Shown here: piece by piece, positions 51,403-61,201 of the stretch
Position numbering within the stretch: the stretch's first letter is position 1
How the letters are laid out: every line of letters begins with the position of its first letter
Virus record (IMG/VR): IMGVR_UViG_3300029859_000151
Origin: a virus
Lineage: Duplodnaviria; Heunggongvirae; Uroviricota; Caudoviricetes
DNA: 64,000 nt
Reading direction: 5' to 3' (one strand)
Notes under the pieces: generated by a model
The model's database searches: none
The model's input: only the letters and a program-made list of their open reading frames with translations
What the model was told of the DNA's origin: nothing
Program-made: the position numbers and the translations under genes

Positions 51403-52944
51403 GGACAGAGCATATCTTTAGCACATCTTGCTCCTTTTGTACAGATAAGCCGAGAGAAGTTTCGTAAGCAGATACAAAAAGAAGCCATAGATACAAAGAT
51501 TGCTCTTGACAAAGAACAGCTTGAAAGAATTGTGGAATCTCGTGTAAGAGAAGAAATTAACAAAGGAGTTCAAATGATTCAGTATCAGATCATTACGCTT
51601 ATGACGACTAATGGCCAGGCTCCATTTGTTACAGTTTTTATGTATTTACACGAAGTTCCGGAAGGACAAACAAGAGATGATCTTGCGATGATCATTGAGG
51701 AGGTGCTTAAACAGAGAATAACAGGTGTTAAAAATGAGCAAGGAGTATATATTACTCCGGCGTTTCCAAAGTTAATTTATGTATTGGAAGAAGATAATAT
51801 TAAAAAAGATTCAAAGTATTGGTATTTAACAGAACTTGCTGCAAAATGTACAGCAAAAAGAATGGTCCCGGATTACATTTCTGAAAAAGTCATGAAGTCA
51901 GTTAAAGAAGGCGAAACTTTCCCTTCAATGGGGTGTAGAAGTTTTCTTACTATAGACCGTTTTTCGGAAACAAAAGGCAATATCTCTAAAGCAAAGAATT
52001 TTGAGGAGCATAAAGGACATGTATATTACTCAAGATTTAATCAGGGTGTGGTGACAATCAACCTGGTTGATGCAGCTTGTACTTCAGGTGGAGACGAGGA
52101 AAAATTTTGGAAAATTTTAGATGAACGTTTGGAATTGTGCCATCGTGCATTACGTATTCGTCATGAGCATTTGTTAGGAACAAAATCAGATGTAGCACCA
52201 ATTCTTTGGCAGCATGGAACATACGCCCGATTAGAGAAAGGGGAAACAATAGACCAACTTTTGGTTGGTGGTTTCTCAACAATATCATTGGGATATGCCG
52301 GATTATATGAATGTACTATGCGAATGAAAGGTGTGTCACATACTGATCCAAAGGGAACGCCATTTGCGATTGCTGTTATGCAGAAATTAAATGATGCATG
52401 CAATAAATGGAAGGCAGAAGAAAATATTGATTATTCTGTATATGGGACACCTTTGGAATCGACAACTTATAAGTTTGCAAAATGTCTTCAGAAAAGATGG
52501 GGAATTATTAAAGATGTAACGGACCATAATTATATTACAAATTCATATCATGTATGCGTAAGAGAACATATGGACGCTTTTACAAAATTGAAATTTGAAT
52601 CACAGTTTCAAAAACTATCCCCGGGCGGAGCAATCAGTTATGTAGAAGTTCCTAATATGCAGAACAATATTCCTGCAGTACTTTCTGTAATGCAATTTAT
52701 TTATGAAAATATCATGTATGCAGAGCTAAATACAAAGAGTGATTATTGCATGCAATGTGGATATGATGGAGAAATCCAGATTGTTCCAGATGAAGATGGA
52801 AAGCTTATATGGGAATGTCCAAAATGCAAAAACCGTGATCAAAGCAAAATGAGTGTGGCACGAAGAACTTGTGGTTACATTGGGACGCAGTTCTGGAATC
52901 AGGGCAGAACACAGGAGATCAAGGAACGCGTTCTGCATTTATAA
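51403..52944 (+). CDS. nrdD: NrdD, exon 2 (glycyl-radical C-terminal part)
   Basis: C-terminus CMQCGY..CPKCKNRD zinc ribbon followed by the glycyl-radical motif RRTCGYIGT; the track ORF begins at TTG 51400, but the reading frame is open across the 3' splice site. Confidence 0.75.
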   Translation, partial: GQSISLAHLAPFVQISREKFRKQIQKEAIDTKIALDKEQLERIVESRVREEINKGVQMIQYQIITLMTTNGQAPFVTVFMYLHEVPEGQTRDDLAMIIEEVLKQRITGVKNEQGVYITPAFPKLIYVLEEDNIKKDSKYWYLTELAAKCTAKRMVPDYISEKVMKSVKEGETFPSMGCRSFLTIDRFSETKGNISKAKNFEEHKGHVYYSRFNQGVVTINLVDAACTSGGDEEKFWKILDERLELCHRALRIRHEHLLGTKSDVAPILWQHGTYARLEKGETIDQLLVGGFSTISLGYAGLYECTMRMKGVSHTDPKGTPFAIAVMQKLNDACNKWKAEENIDYSVYGTPLESTTYKFAKCLQKRWGIIKDVTDHNYITNSYHVCVREHMDAFTKLKFESQFQKLSPGGAISYVEVPNMQNNIPAVLSVMQFIYENIMYAELNTKSDYCMQCGYDGEIQIVPDEDGKLIWECPKCKNRDQSKMSVARRTCGYIGTQFWNQGRTQEIKERVLHL

Positions 52945-52977
52945 TTCCTAAGATAAAAAATAAAAACTAAACATTAA

Positions 52978-53012
52978 AGAGACAGCTCTTAACGACTGTC
53001 TCTTTGTTTTTT
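52978..53012 (+). terminator. rho-independent terminator
   Basis: GAGACAGCTCTT-AAC-GACTGTCTCTTTGTTTTTTG. Confidence 0.65.
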
Positions 53013-53024
53013 GTACCGAAAAAA
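53012..53024 (+). promoter_or_regulatory. upstream element (TGTACCGAAAAAA)
   Basis: 15 nt 5' of the promoter core at 53040. Confidence 0.45.
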
Positions 53025-53039
53025 TAAAAATAGAATATA

Positions 53040-53051
53040 TCTGACATATTA
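53040..53051 (+). promoter_or_regulatory. phage promoter motif copy
   Basis: ATATCTGACATATTAAAAATAAAAAG. Confidence 0.55.
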
Positions 53052-53078
53052 AAAATAAAAAGAAAGGAAAACCTGTTT

Positions 53079-54143
53079 ATGACAAAGAAGGATATTAATT
53101 ATATTAAAAAGCATTTAAAACTAGAAAATTGTACGGTTTCAAAAATTTGTGGCTGTTTAGTTAATACAGAAAGAGAAAAAGTCTGTGTTTTTAAAGAAAA
53201 CTTTTTAGCTCAATCAGATGATGATATGGAAAAATATTTGAAATTAGAGAAAAAGATTTTTTCAAATAAGCTTCGGGACAATTCGATTATTTCAACATTT
53301 TCGACTCAGGAAGAAACTTCAGGAGAGTCATATAAGTTATTAAGAAAATTAGCTAATGGAAGTCTTTCAGAAGAAGTATTGATGTCTTTTTATGATAAAG
53401 TTATTGAAACATATTCTATTGCATCAAATTATTTGATCTTATTGTTTTTTGATTCAATGGATTTGCCCGGAGATGAAAATTCTTTGGATGTTTATCAGTA
53501 TGTTACTTGTTTAATTTGCCCGATGAAATTATCTGCGGATACACTTGGTTATGACAGTAAAGATAATTTGATCGCAAAAATGCCAAGATCAAATATTGTT
53601 TCTGCACCAGAATGTGGCTTTGCTTTTCCTGTATTACATAATATGCAGACAGATTTGCACTCTATTATGCTGTATTCAAAAAAGGCAAAAGAGCCAAAAA
53701 CAGAAATATTAGTAGATCTAACAGGCTGTAAATATATAAGAACTGCAACGCAAAAGAAAGAATTGCTTTTAAATGGCATTGCAGCAGCATATGGAGAAAA
53801 TGGAACTGATTTTTTGGCAGAATATATGAAAGAAATTTCGCCAGAAGATAACGAAGAAATTTACAATGAGGTTTCTCTTGATACTATGAAAAAATCATTT
53901 GAAAATATTTCAAACGATCCAGAAGCTACAAATACATTTATTACTGGTCTTGAAAAAGCTTTGGGAAATGAAGAAATTTTGATGATGGATATTTTTATGG
54001 AGAATATGCTGGAGAGAGCAAATGTCCTAGAGCGAAGAAAACGTATGAGACTATTATTAACAGAGTGTATTAATAAAATTGAACAGAATGAAGGAAAAAC
54101 AGATTTAACAGAGGAGATCCGAAGCACATTTTTGGCAAGTTAG
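53079..54143 (+). CDS. hypothetical protein (354 aa); not an NrdG activase
   Basis: good RBS AAAGAAAGGAAAACCTGTTT-ATG; no CxxxCxxC radical-SAM motif. Confidence 0.55.
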   Translation: MTKKDINYIKKHLKLENCTVSKICGCLVNTEREKVCVFKENFLAQSDDDMEKYLKLEKKIFSNKLRDNSIISTFSTQEETSGESYKLLRKLANGSLSEEVLMSFYDKVIETYSIASNYLILLFFDSMDLPGDENSLDVYQYVTCLICPMKLSADTLGYDSKDNLIAKMPRSNIVSAPECGFAFPVLHNMQTDLHSIMLYSKKAKEPKTEILVDLTGCKYIRTATQKKELLLNGIAAAYGENGTDFLAEYMKEISPEDNEEIYNEVSLDTMKKSFENISNDPEATNTFITGLEKALGNEEILMMDIFMENMLERANVLERRKRMRLLLTECINKIEQNEGKTDLTEEIRSTFLAS

Positions 54144-54248
54144 CGAATTCGTTTACTAATGCTCATAGGCAAGCCTATAGGGTTTCGCCACAAATTTATC
54201 CTCTTTCAGCAAGAAGACTCTGGCCTCTAAGATGGAAGAGGAGAAAAT

Positions 54249-54288
54249 AGGTTAAAGCAATTGTGCTGCTTTGACCTATTTTTTTAAT
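54249..54288 (+). terminator. terminator-like hairpin
   Basis: AAAGCA-ATTGTGC-TGCTTTGACCTATTTTTTTAATT. Confidence 0.5.
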
Positions 54289-54291
54289 TAT

Positions 54292-54303
54292 CTGACATAT
54301 TAA
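54292..54303 (+). promoter_or_regulatory. phage promoter motif copy
   Basis: TATCTGACATATTAAAAATGAAATT. Confidence 0.55.
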
Positions 54304-54333
54304 AAATGAAATTTGTAATAGAGAATAGGAGGA

Positions 54334-56943
54334 ATGCAAAAAGAAATGGATAGTTTAAAAGGCATAATAGAGAAAGTCATATATACAGGAGATAATAATT
54401 ATGCAATTATTTCTGTAAAACTTCCGGGAATTGGAAAACCTGTTACAGCTTGTGGAAATATCGAAAGTCCCATTAAGAAAACAGAAATTAGTATGGAAGG
54501 AACATGGCATTTTAACGAGCAATATAAGGAAAAACAATTTATTGTTGAAAGGGCAGAGTGCAAAATTGATAAAAAAAATAGAGCTGCGATTCAGTTTTTA
54601 TCAAGCGGATTGATTAAGTATGTCGGGGAAGTGACAGCAAGAAGCATTGTTGAGGAATTTGGAACAAATTTTGATAAAATTATATCTAATCCATATTTAT
54701 TGATTAAAATTAAGGGATTAACAGAAGCGCGTCTTCCAGAAATTGCAAAATCAATAAAAGAACACAAGGGAATTTTTGATATTTATAATGCAGTAAATGG
54801 GGAAATCACAAAAAATCAGGCAGAACTGATTTATAAAAAATATGGAGATGATAGTGCAAGAAAAATTAGTGAAAATCCTTATGTTCTGATTTATGACATT
54901 AAGGGTTTTGGTTTTAAGAAAGCGGATGCATTGGCAAGAAATATTGGATTTGAATTAGAGTCATCTGAAAGATGCAAAGCAGGATTATTGCACTGCTTTA
55001 GAGAAGCTGCCGACGAAAAAGGGCATTGCTTTCTATATTATCAGGATGCTTTGCAAAGAGCTGGAAATTTGCTTATTACATCAGATGATGTAAAGGAAAT
55101 ATATTATAAGCGAATTTTAAAAACAAGCGTTCCGGATTTAATGAGTGGATTTTTAGAATTGCCATTGGGCGATTTAATAGTAAAACACAAAATAAAATTT
55201 AATAATTTGATTGATAATCTGGAAGAGGCTATTTTTGACGAAGAGGATATTACGCAATATTATGATCGTTTTAATTTTAGCGCAGATGAAATTGAATGTA
55301 TTGAAATGTTTTTACATTTAAAGGCAAAAATATGTGAAGAGATTAACCATATTTTGACGTTAGAGTCTTATAAAATTGACCAGTTGTCAATATCTGAGTC
55401 TTTGGAAAAAGCAAAACAAAATCTGGAAATGGAAAACCCATATCGTTTTTTTGCAGATAAAGATAAAAAAGGTAATTGGAGATATTTTGAAGCAAAAACA
55501 TATCTTTTGGAGTTACAAGTAAGCCATGCATTGGTAGCAATGGCTAAAAAAGAAAGTACCTTATCTTATACAGATAAAGAGTGTGATGACCTTATTAAAG
55601 ATTATGAGAACGATAATGAAATCGAATTGGGAGAGGAACAAAAAGAAGCAGTTAAAAAGACTTTGAAAAATCGGGTGTCTATTATTACTGGAGGACCAGG
55701 AAGAGGAAAGACAACGATTGAGGATATCATTATTAAAGGATGGAAAGCTAAAGGAGGAAAAACAATTTTATTGGCCCCAACAGGTCGAGCCGCGCAAAGG
55801 ATGACTCAGGCGACAGAAGAAGAAGCGAAAACGATTCAACGAAAATTATTAGCTTATGAAACTGGATGTGATGAAGAGAGTTATTTCCTTCCGACATTAG
55901 TCCTTGTCGATGAAATGTCTATGTGTACGCTGCAGCTATTAGCACGATTAATTAATTTTTCAAAAGCAGGCGACATTCATTTTACTTTTATTGGAGATGC
56001 CAATCAGTTACCGTGTATTGGATTGGGAGATGTTTTTAAAGATATGATTAAAAGTGGTTTGATCCCATGCACCAAGTTGTTGAAATGTTATCGAAACGCA
56101 GGAGCAATTAGCTATAATTCTGATATTATCAACAATGGCGGAATGATGAGGGATTTCAAGAAAGACAATACATTTAAATTAGTTACCATGGAATCTGTCG
56201 AAAGTGTTCAGGAAACAATAATTAATTTATATGGAAAAATGAAAGAACGATTTAAACCAGATGAAATTGGAATTATTGTTCCGTGTCGTAAATCCGGGAA
56301 AACGTGTGCAAATGAATTAAATCGTTTAATTCAAGAAAAATACAATTTATTTACCGGGAAAAAGAATGAGATCCATTATAAAGATAAGCTTTTCAGAGTT
56401 AATGATCGCATCATTCACACAAGGAATTGCTATAACATGCAATATGAAGATAGATATGGTATTGGATTAGGTGTTTTTAATGGAGAAACAGGAACTATTA
56501 CTAAAATTGATCCATATGCCAAAATAATTTATGTCCAGTTTGATGGAGATGATGAAAAACAAGTAATATATGATTTTGAGCATATGAAGTTTTTGGAATT
56601 AGCATATGCAATAACAGTACATAAAGCACAAGGGTCTGAATATAAGTGTGTTATTTCAGCATTTGTAAATGGTGACTATAATTTATTATGCCGGAACATG
56701 ATTTACACCGCAGAGACTAGAGCAAAGGAGCTGATGATTCTTTTAGGGTCGAATAAAGCTATTGCTATGGCAATTTCTAATGCTTATGTTGAAATGAGAA
56801 ATACAACTGTTTATGAAAGAATCAAAGAATTCTGGGATACAGATTCTGAAGAAAATGATGTTATAGACAGAAACGAATTGTATGAGAATACTGAAGATTT
56901 TGATGTATTGGATATTGTAACTGATAAGAAAGGAGCTGCTTAA
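54334..56943 (+). CDS. RecD-like SF1B DNA helicase (second copy, 869 aa)
   Basis: motif I ITGGPGRGKTTIE, Ia LLAPTGRAAQRM, II LVLVDEMSMC, III FIGDANQLPCIGLG, V/VI AITVHKAQGSEYKCVI .. YTAETRAKELM; N-terminal OB-like region paralogous to that of the 40456 helicase. Confidence 0.8.
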   Translation: MQKEMDSLKGIIEKVIYTGDNNYAIISVKLPGIGKPVTACGNIESPIKKTEISMEGTWHFNEQYKEKQFIVERAECKIDKKNRAAIQFLSSGLIKYVGEVTARSIVEEFGTNFDKIISNPYLLIKIKGLTEARLPEIAKSIKEHKGIFDIYNAVNGEITKNQAELIYKKYGDDSARKISENPYVLIYDIKGFGFKKADALARNIGFELESSERCKAGLLHCFREAADEKGHCFLYYQDALQRAGNLLITSDDVKEIYYKRILKTSVPDLMSGFLELPLGDLIVKHKIKFNNLIDNLEEAIFDEEDITQYYDRFNFSADEIECIEMFLHLKAKICEEINHILTLESYKIDQLSISESLEKAKQNLEMENPYRFFADKDKKGNWRYFEAKTYLLELQVSHALVAMAKKESTLSYTDKECDDLIKDYENDNEIELGEEQKEAVKKTLKNRVSIITGGPGRGKTTIEDIIIKGWKAKGGKTILLAPTGRAAQRMTQATEEEAKTIQRKLLAYETGCDEESYFLPTLVLVDEMSMCTLQLLARLINFSKAGDIHFTFIGDANQLPCIGLGDVFKDMIKSGLIPCTKLLKCYRNAGAISYNSDIINNGGMMRDFKKDNTFKLVTMESVESVQETIINLYGKMKERFKPDEIGIIVPCRKSGKTCANELNRLIQEKYNLFTGKKNEIHYKDKLFRVNDRIIHTRNCYNMQYEDRYGIGLGVFNGETGTITKIDPYAKIIYVQFDGDDEKQVIYDFEHMKFLELAYAITVHKAQGSEYKCVISAFVNGDYNLLCRNMIYTAETRAKELMILLGSNKAIAMAISNAYVEMRNTTVYERIKEFWDTDSEENDVIDRNELYENTEDFDVLDIVTDKKGAA

Positions 56944-57118
56944 GAAATGACGCATCCATATATTGTAGATACTACTCCAGATGAAAATGGAGTAGTATAT
57001 TCAAACGTTCAGAATAAAAAAGATAAACAGAATGATTATTGTGATGATGAGATTGTTCCGCATACAGAGATTTTTGATTTAAATGTTGGCACAATCTTCA
57101 AAACAGCGTAAAAAACTA

Positions 57119-57155
57119 AAAGGCACAGGAGTTGTATTTCTCCTGTGCTTTTTTG
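57119..57155 (+). terminator. rho-independent terminator
   Basis: GGCACAGGAG-TTGTATT-TCTCCTGTGCTTTTTTGGC. Confidence 0.7.
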
Positions 57156-57183
57156 GCTGCATAGTAAAAAATAACTTATTTTT

Positions 57184-57195
57184 TCTGACATATTA
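57184..57195 (+). promoter_or_regulatory. phage promoter motif copy
   Basis: TTTTCTGACATATTAAAAGAAAAC. Confidence 0.55.
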
Positions 57196-57241
57196 AAAGA
57201 AAACAATACACATTGTAAACAAAATGTAGAAAGGATCTTTT

Positions 57242-58033
57242 ATGGAACAAAATAAAGTTATTTTATGTGGCATGGCTGCCACTGCTCCAAAAATCTTCAA
57301 AGAAGAAGAAACCGGAGAGTACAAATTAGGGGTACTTACATTAAATGTTGTAAGAAACAATCGAGCAACAGGAGATACAGACCGACAGTTAAGACAATAT
57401 ACAATATTTGTAAAAAGCGATAAACCGGAAATAATTGAAAAATTTGATAAAATCAACCAATTTGATCAGGTTTTTGTAAAAGGAGTTCTTGTTACTAAAG
57501 CAAAGGATAAAGTTTCTATTTGCCCAGAATGCCAGACGGAACAAATTCAGCAAGGAATGATCGTTTATATTTATCCAATTTATGTAGATATCTTGAATCA
57601 AAATTTAACACGAAAAGAAAGTGCTGATTTACTTTATGAAAGAAAAGAAATATCTAATGATATAGAAATTATGGGGCATTTATGCAATGATCCTATTAAA
57701 GTTGAAGCATTGAAAAAGACACCTATTGTTCAGTATCAATTAGGTGTTGGAAGAAAATATCGAATTGATGAAGAAAAAACAGATTTTCCATGGGTAAAAT
57801 CATATGGCAAAAATGCAAAAGATGATTTATTGCGCTTAAGAACTGGATCAGGAGTTTTTATTGAAGGGTTTCTGCAAACAAGAGCTGTTGAAAGAAAGTG
57901 TAGATGCTCCACTTGCGGAAGTATGTATACATGGAATGATTACGCAATGGAAATTGTACCATATGAGACAGAATATCTTAAAGATTATGTTACTGATGAA
58001 GAATTAAGTATCATGAAAAATTCGCTCAATTAA
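57242..58033 (+). CDS. OB-fold ssDNA-binding-like protein with zinc-ribbon motifs (tentative SSB)
   Basis: N-terminus NKVILCGMAATAPKI..TGEYKLGVLTLNVVRN..QFDQVFVKGVLV resembles the SSB OB-fold pattern; CPECQ and CRCSTCG pairs. Confidence 0.4.
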   Translation: MEQNKVILCGMAATAPKIFKEEETGEYKLGVLTLNVVRNNRATGDTDRQLRQYTIFVKSDKPEIIEKFDKINQFDQVFVKGVLVTKAKDKVSICPECQTEQIQQGMIVYIYPIYVDILNQNLTRKESADLLYERKEISNDIEIMGHLCNDPIKVEALKKTPIVQYQLGVGRKYRIDEEKTDFPWVKSYGKNAKDDLLRLRTGSGVFIEGFLQTRAVERKCRCSTCGSMYTWNDYAMEIVPYETEYLKDYVTDEELSIMKNSLN

Positions 58034-58068
58034 TAAAAAAAATATTTCCTTTTTTTATTTTTAGAAAT

Positions 58069-58080
58069 TCTGACATATTA
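58069..58080 (+). promoter_or_regulatory. phage promoter motif copy
   Basis: AATTCTGACATATTATATTTGAATT. Confidence 0.55.
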
Positions 58081-58117
58081 TATTTGAATTAGAAAAAATT
58101 GAAGAAAGGAGATAATA

Positions 58118-59209
58118 ATGAAAGCAATTTTGAGTTCATCTTTTGAAAAAAATGGTTCTTCATTTGAAGAATTTTGTGAAGATAGAAAACGATTCGAAGA
58201 AAGCACATTCCGGTGGCAAAATAATTTCCGAGATGTTGATTTTGCATTATGGATATTTAGATCTGTTACAAACGACAATAAAATCCAAGTATTAAAGGTT
58301 GCTGAAGATATTGTAGAAGCAATTGGCACATGGACATTTGATTCAAATAAAAAGATTGTTAATCAAGCAATTATGGATGGGAACAAACTCCCAGATGAAA
58401 TCTTAGACGATATTAAAGAAAAGTCGATTCCAATGGCAATAGAATATGGAAAACATTTTTTCTTTGTAGATTCAAATTGTCTTAGTAGATTTTGTGCTAA
58501 ACTAGGCGTTTCGACAAAGCTTATTTATCAAAATAATTATATTGGTGGATTGGTTTTATGGCATGCCTTAAAGAATTATCATAAGGATTTAACATTGAAT
58601 GTAAGATGTGACAAGGGATATAGAAAAGTTGTTAACGTTATTTCAGAAAAGACAATTTATTCATCTGCAATTGATGTTGTTAAAAATATTCATAGTGTTA
58701 CTAATTATGTTTTTTCATATTATGCCATGACACAATATACAACATCCTGTTTTTTGGATGGACCTGTAATTGATGGCGCATACATTCCTTCTATTCGAAT
58801 GGAGTTTTCCGATACAGGACATGGTGATGAAAATTTTTATTTTTGCTTACGTCCAGTCGAAATGCGAGGAAGTCCATCTTTTGGCATTATTATTAAAAAG
58901 CTAAAAAAAGCAGATGTAAACGAAATTTCAAATATCGAAAAAATGGTCACTGAAAGAATTCGAAAAATTCGATTGGAATATACAGCAGTTGTTTTTGATA
59001 AAGAAAAGTTTTTGGAAAATCAAGATATTCTTAAAGCAATTGGGCAAAAACGTATGCGAAATATATCTATGAGGTTTGACGGACAGAATTGCTGTGAAGC
59101 AATGAAAATTATTTCGATGATTCCGGTTTTAATTGGGAAAATAAATGACACATCTGATTATGCTTTGATGATTTCAGCAGGAAATTTTTTCATGCATTTT
59201 GAAATATAG
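58118..59209 (+). CDS. hypothetical protein (363 aa)
   Basis: RBS GAAGAAAGGAGATAATA-ATG. Confidence 0.5.
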   Translation: MKAILSSSFEKNGSSFEEFCEDRKRFEESTFRWQNNFRDVDFALWIFRSVTNDNKIQVLKVAEDIVEAIGTWTFDSNKKIVNQAIMDGNKLPDEILDDIKEKSIPMAIEYGKHFFFVDSNCLSRFCAKLGVSTKLIYQNNYIGGLVLWHALKNYHKDLTLNVRCDKGYRKVVNVISEKTIYSSAIDVVKNIHSVTNYVFSYYAMTQYTTSCFLDGPVIDGAYIPSIRMEFSDTGHGDENFYFCLRPVEMRGSPSFGIIIKKLKKADVNEISNIEKMVTERIRKIRLEYTAVVFDKEKFLENQDILKAIGQKRMRNISMRFDGQNCCEAMKIISMIPVLIGKINDTSDYALMISAGNFFMHFEI

Positions 59210-59261
59210 TAGAAGCGTTGAAACATAAAATAAAAAACATATCTTAAAGGAGAGAAATATT

Positions 59262-59909
59262 ATGGCAACAGTAGAAGTTTTTAGACGAGGAAATAAGGTT
59301 GTATTAGTGGGAAAGGTCAGTGAAGTTTTTGAAGGAACATCTCAGAAGGGAACTAATTATGTACGATTAGTCCTTGGCCAGCGGCATTGGGACCCAGATA
59401 TGGAAATGGACATTGAGGAATCTGTAACCGTTATTTTTACAGATAATGAAAATGGAAAATTCGGACCAGCAATGAATGCAACAAACGTCAGTAAGTTAAA
59501 GATTCGAACAGGGGCAACAATTGCTATTAAAGCTACTGTATCAGAGAATGATGACGGAACGGTATCTTATTTTGGTATCCGGGCACAGTATTGTGGTTGC
59601 ATTTATAAATTTAAGCCAACAGACGATTTTCCGTCAACGAATGTGATTGTCGGTGTTGCGGTAGTTAAGGCTAATAATAATGTTAGCGTTCCAGTCAATG
59701 CATATGACAATAAAACTCACGAAAGTAAAACTATTTGGCTCAATACAAAAGCGGCAGAGCAGGCAGAAGTTGTTAACGGAACTTTTGATCTAACAGATAA
59801 TAAGAAAAATCCTATTGTCGCATTTGTTGTACCTAAAATTACTGAAACAGAAAAAGATGGAATGACAAACTGGGCAGGAGATTTTATTGATTGCCGAAGA
59901 ATTTCATAG
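59262..59909 (+). CDS. hypothetical protein (215 aa), possible OB-fold
   Basis: RBS AAAGGAGAGAAATATT-ATG; beta-rich, VVLVGKV..TNYVRLVLG pattern. Confidence 0.5.
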   Translation: MATVEVFRRGNKVVLVGKVSEVFEGTSQKGTNYVRLVLGQRHWDPDMEMDIEESVTVIFTDNENGKFGPAMNATNVSKLKIRTGATIAIKATVSENDDGTVSYFGIRAQYCGCIYKFKPTDDFPSTNVIVGVAVVKANNNVSVPVNAYDNKTHESKTIWLNTKAAEQAEVVNGTFDLTDNKKNPIVAFVVPKITETEKDGMTNWAGDFIDCRRIS

Positions 59910-59925
59910 AATGAAAAAATTTAGG

Positions 59926-59960
59926 ATCTCTGCATTTTGCAGAGATCTTATTTTTTGAAG
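59926..59960 (+). terminator. rho-independent terminator
   Basis: AGATCTCTGCA-TTTT-GCAGAGATCTTATTTTTTG. Confidence 0.7.
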
Positions 59961-59962
59961 TA

Positions 59963-59974
59963 TCTGACATATTA
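59963..59974 (+). promoter_or_regulatory. phage promoter motif copy
   Basis: GTATCTGACATATTATTATTGATTG. Confidence 0.55.
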
Positions 59975-60015
59975 TTATTGATTGTAAATATATAAGAAAA
60001 AAGGAGAGTTAAATT

Positions 60016-61086
60016 ATGTTAAGTAATGAAATTGTTTATGAGAAAGCAACAATCTTTTCTCCGAGATTAGGAAAAGATATTGAAGTTGAAACATATGCAG
60101 GAGATAATGGAAGTATTGTTATTTCTGCTATTAGTTTAAGAGATGCAGCAAAGAAAGCATGTGAGAGTTTGAAAACATCTATTGGAACAACATTGGTTCA
60201 GATGTTCCCAAATGAAAATGGTGAAGTTGGATATTGTTTAGTAAAAACGACTTTACGAATTCAGAATAATGAGAATGAGGAAATTATTCAAGGGTATGGA
60301 GAATTTTGCGCATCTGGAGCAAAAAATGAGATTGCATTGACGAATCCTTTTGCGGTTGCTCAGAATAGAGCTGAGTCAAAATGTTTTATTAAATTTTTAG
60401 GACTTTCTGGAAGAGTATATTCATCTGATGAAATGGATTCAGTTAATCGTTCTAATTTTCAGCAGATTTTAGAGCAGGCTGGAAAAAATGCTAAAAATGA
60501 AAATCAGCAGAATGGATTTGTTACAGCAAAAGTAGAGTCTTCTATTGCAGCGCCTGAAAAAGTAGGAGAGGCCGAAAAGAAGGAGATTACTAATACGGTA
60601 AATGAAACAACAGAAAAGACAGGAAAAGTAGAAAAGACAGAAAGTCCTGTTAAAAATGTTGCAGATAATACAAACACAGATAAAAAGAAGGCGACTGATA
60701 CAGACACAAAGACAAAGAATGAGGAAAACATTCAGCCTGTTAAGACTGAAATTACTGATCCTAATGTAGAAGAAATTAAGTCAGATGATGAAGACGATAC
60801 AAAAAAATCAGCTGATAAAATGCCGGTTTCAGATGAAGCGTCTTCAATGGCGGACAAGGCAGGCGAATCTTCGGCAAACGAAACTTCTGAAACAAAAACA
60901 ACAGACAATGGATTAAATTTAATTGTAACATTTGGACCAGCAAAAGGAAAGAATTTGACGGTTAAGGATGTTTTAGCTGATCCGATTTATGCAAAGTTTG
61001 TTGAGAATATTAAAAGTGGAAGAGCTGTTGCCCCATATAATAATGAGGAAAGATTGGCTATTTTTGAAGCAATTAAGAATAACTAA
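60016..61086 (+). CDS. hypothetical protein (356 aa) with central low-complexity T/K/E-rich linker
   Basis: RBS AAAAAAGGAGAGTTAAATT-ATG; structured N- and C-terminal domains. Confidence 0.5.
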   Translation: MLSNEIVYEKATIFSPRLGKDIEVETYAGDNGSIVISAISLRDAAKKACESLKTSIGTTLVQMFPNENGEVGYCLVKTTLRIQNNENEEIIQGYGEFCASGAKNEIALTNPFAVAQNRAESKCFIKFLGLSGRVYSSDEMDSVNRSNFQQILEQAGKNAKNENQQNGFVTAKVESSIAAPEKVGEAEKKEITNTVNETTEKTGKVEKTESPVKNVADNTNTDKKKATDTDTKTKNEENIQPVKTEITDPNVEEIKSDDEDDTKKSADKMPVSDEASSMADKAGESSANETSETKTTDNGLNLIVTFGPAKGKNLTVKDVLADPIYAKFVENIKSGRAVAPYNNEERLAIFEAIKNN

Positions 61087-61106
61087 AAACATAAGCGTTT
61101 CAAATG

Positions 61107-61143
61107 AATTAAAGAGAGAGAAGAAATTCTCTCTCTTTTTTGT
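61107..61143 (+). terminator. rho-independent terminator
   Basis: AGAGAGAG-AAGAAATT-CTCTCTCTTTTTTGTG. Confidence 0.7.
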
Positions 61144-61161
61144 GCAAAACAGCAGAAAAAA

Positions 61162-61173
61162 TCTGACATATTA
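61162..61173 (+). promoter_or_regulatory. phage promoter motif copy
   Basis: AAATCTGACATATTAAATAAAAAAC. Confidence 0.55.
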
Positions 61174-61201
61174 AATAAAAAACAGAAAGGAGCGGCGATT
61201 T

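Noticed and set aside
51306-51563. Minus-strand 85-aa ORF and the apparent truncated nrdD fragments
   Set aside because: It lies across the intron-exon 2 boundary of nrdD; the intron model explains the region.
53079-54143. Possibility that the gene downstream of nrdD is the NrdG activase
   Set aside because: It is too long (354 aa) and lacks the CxxxCxxC radical-SAM cysteine motif.
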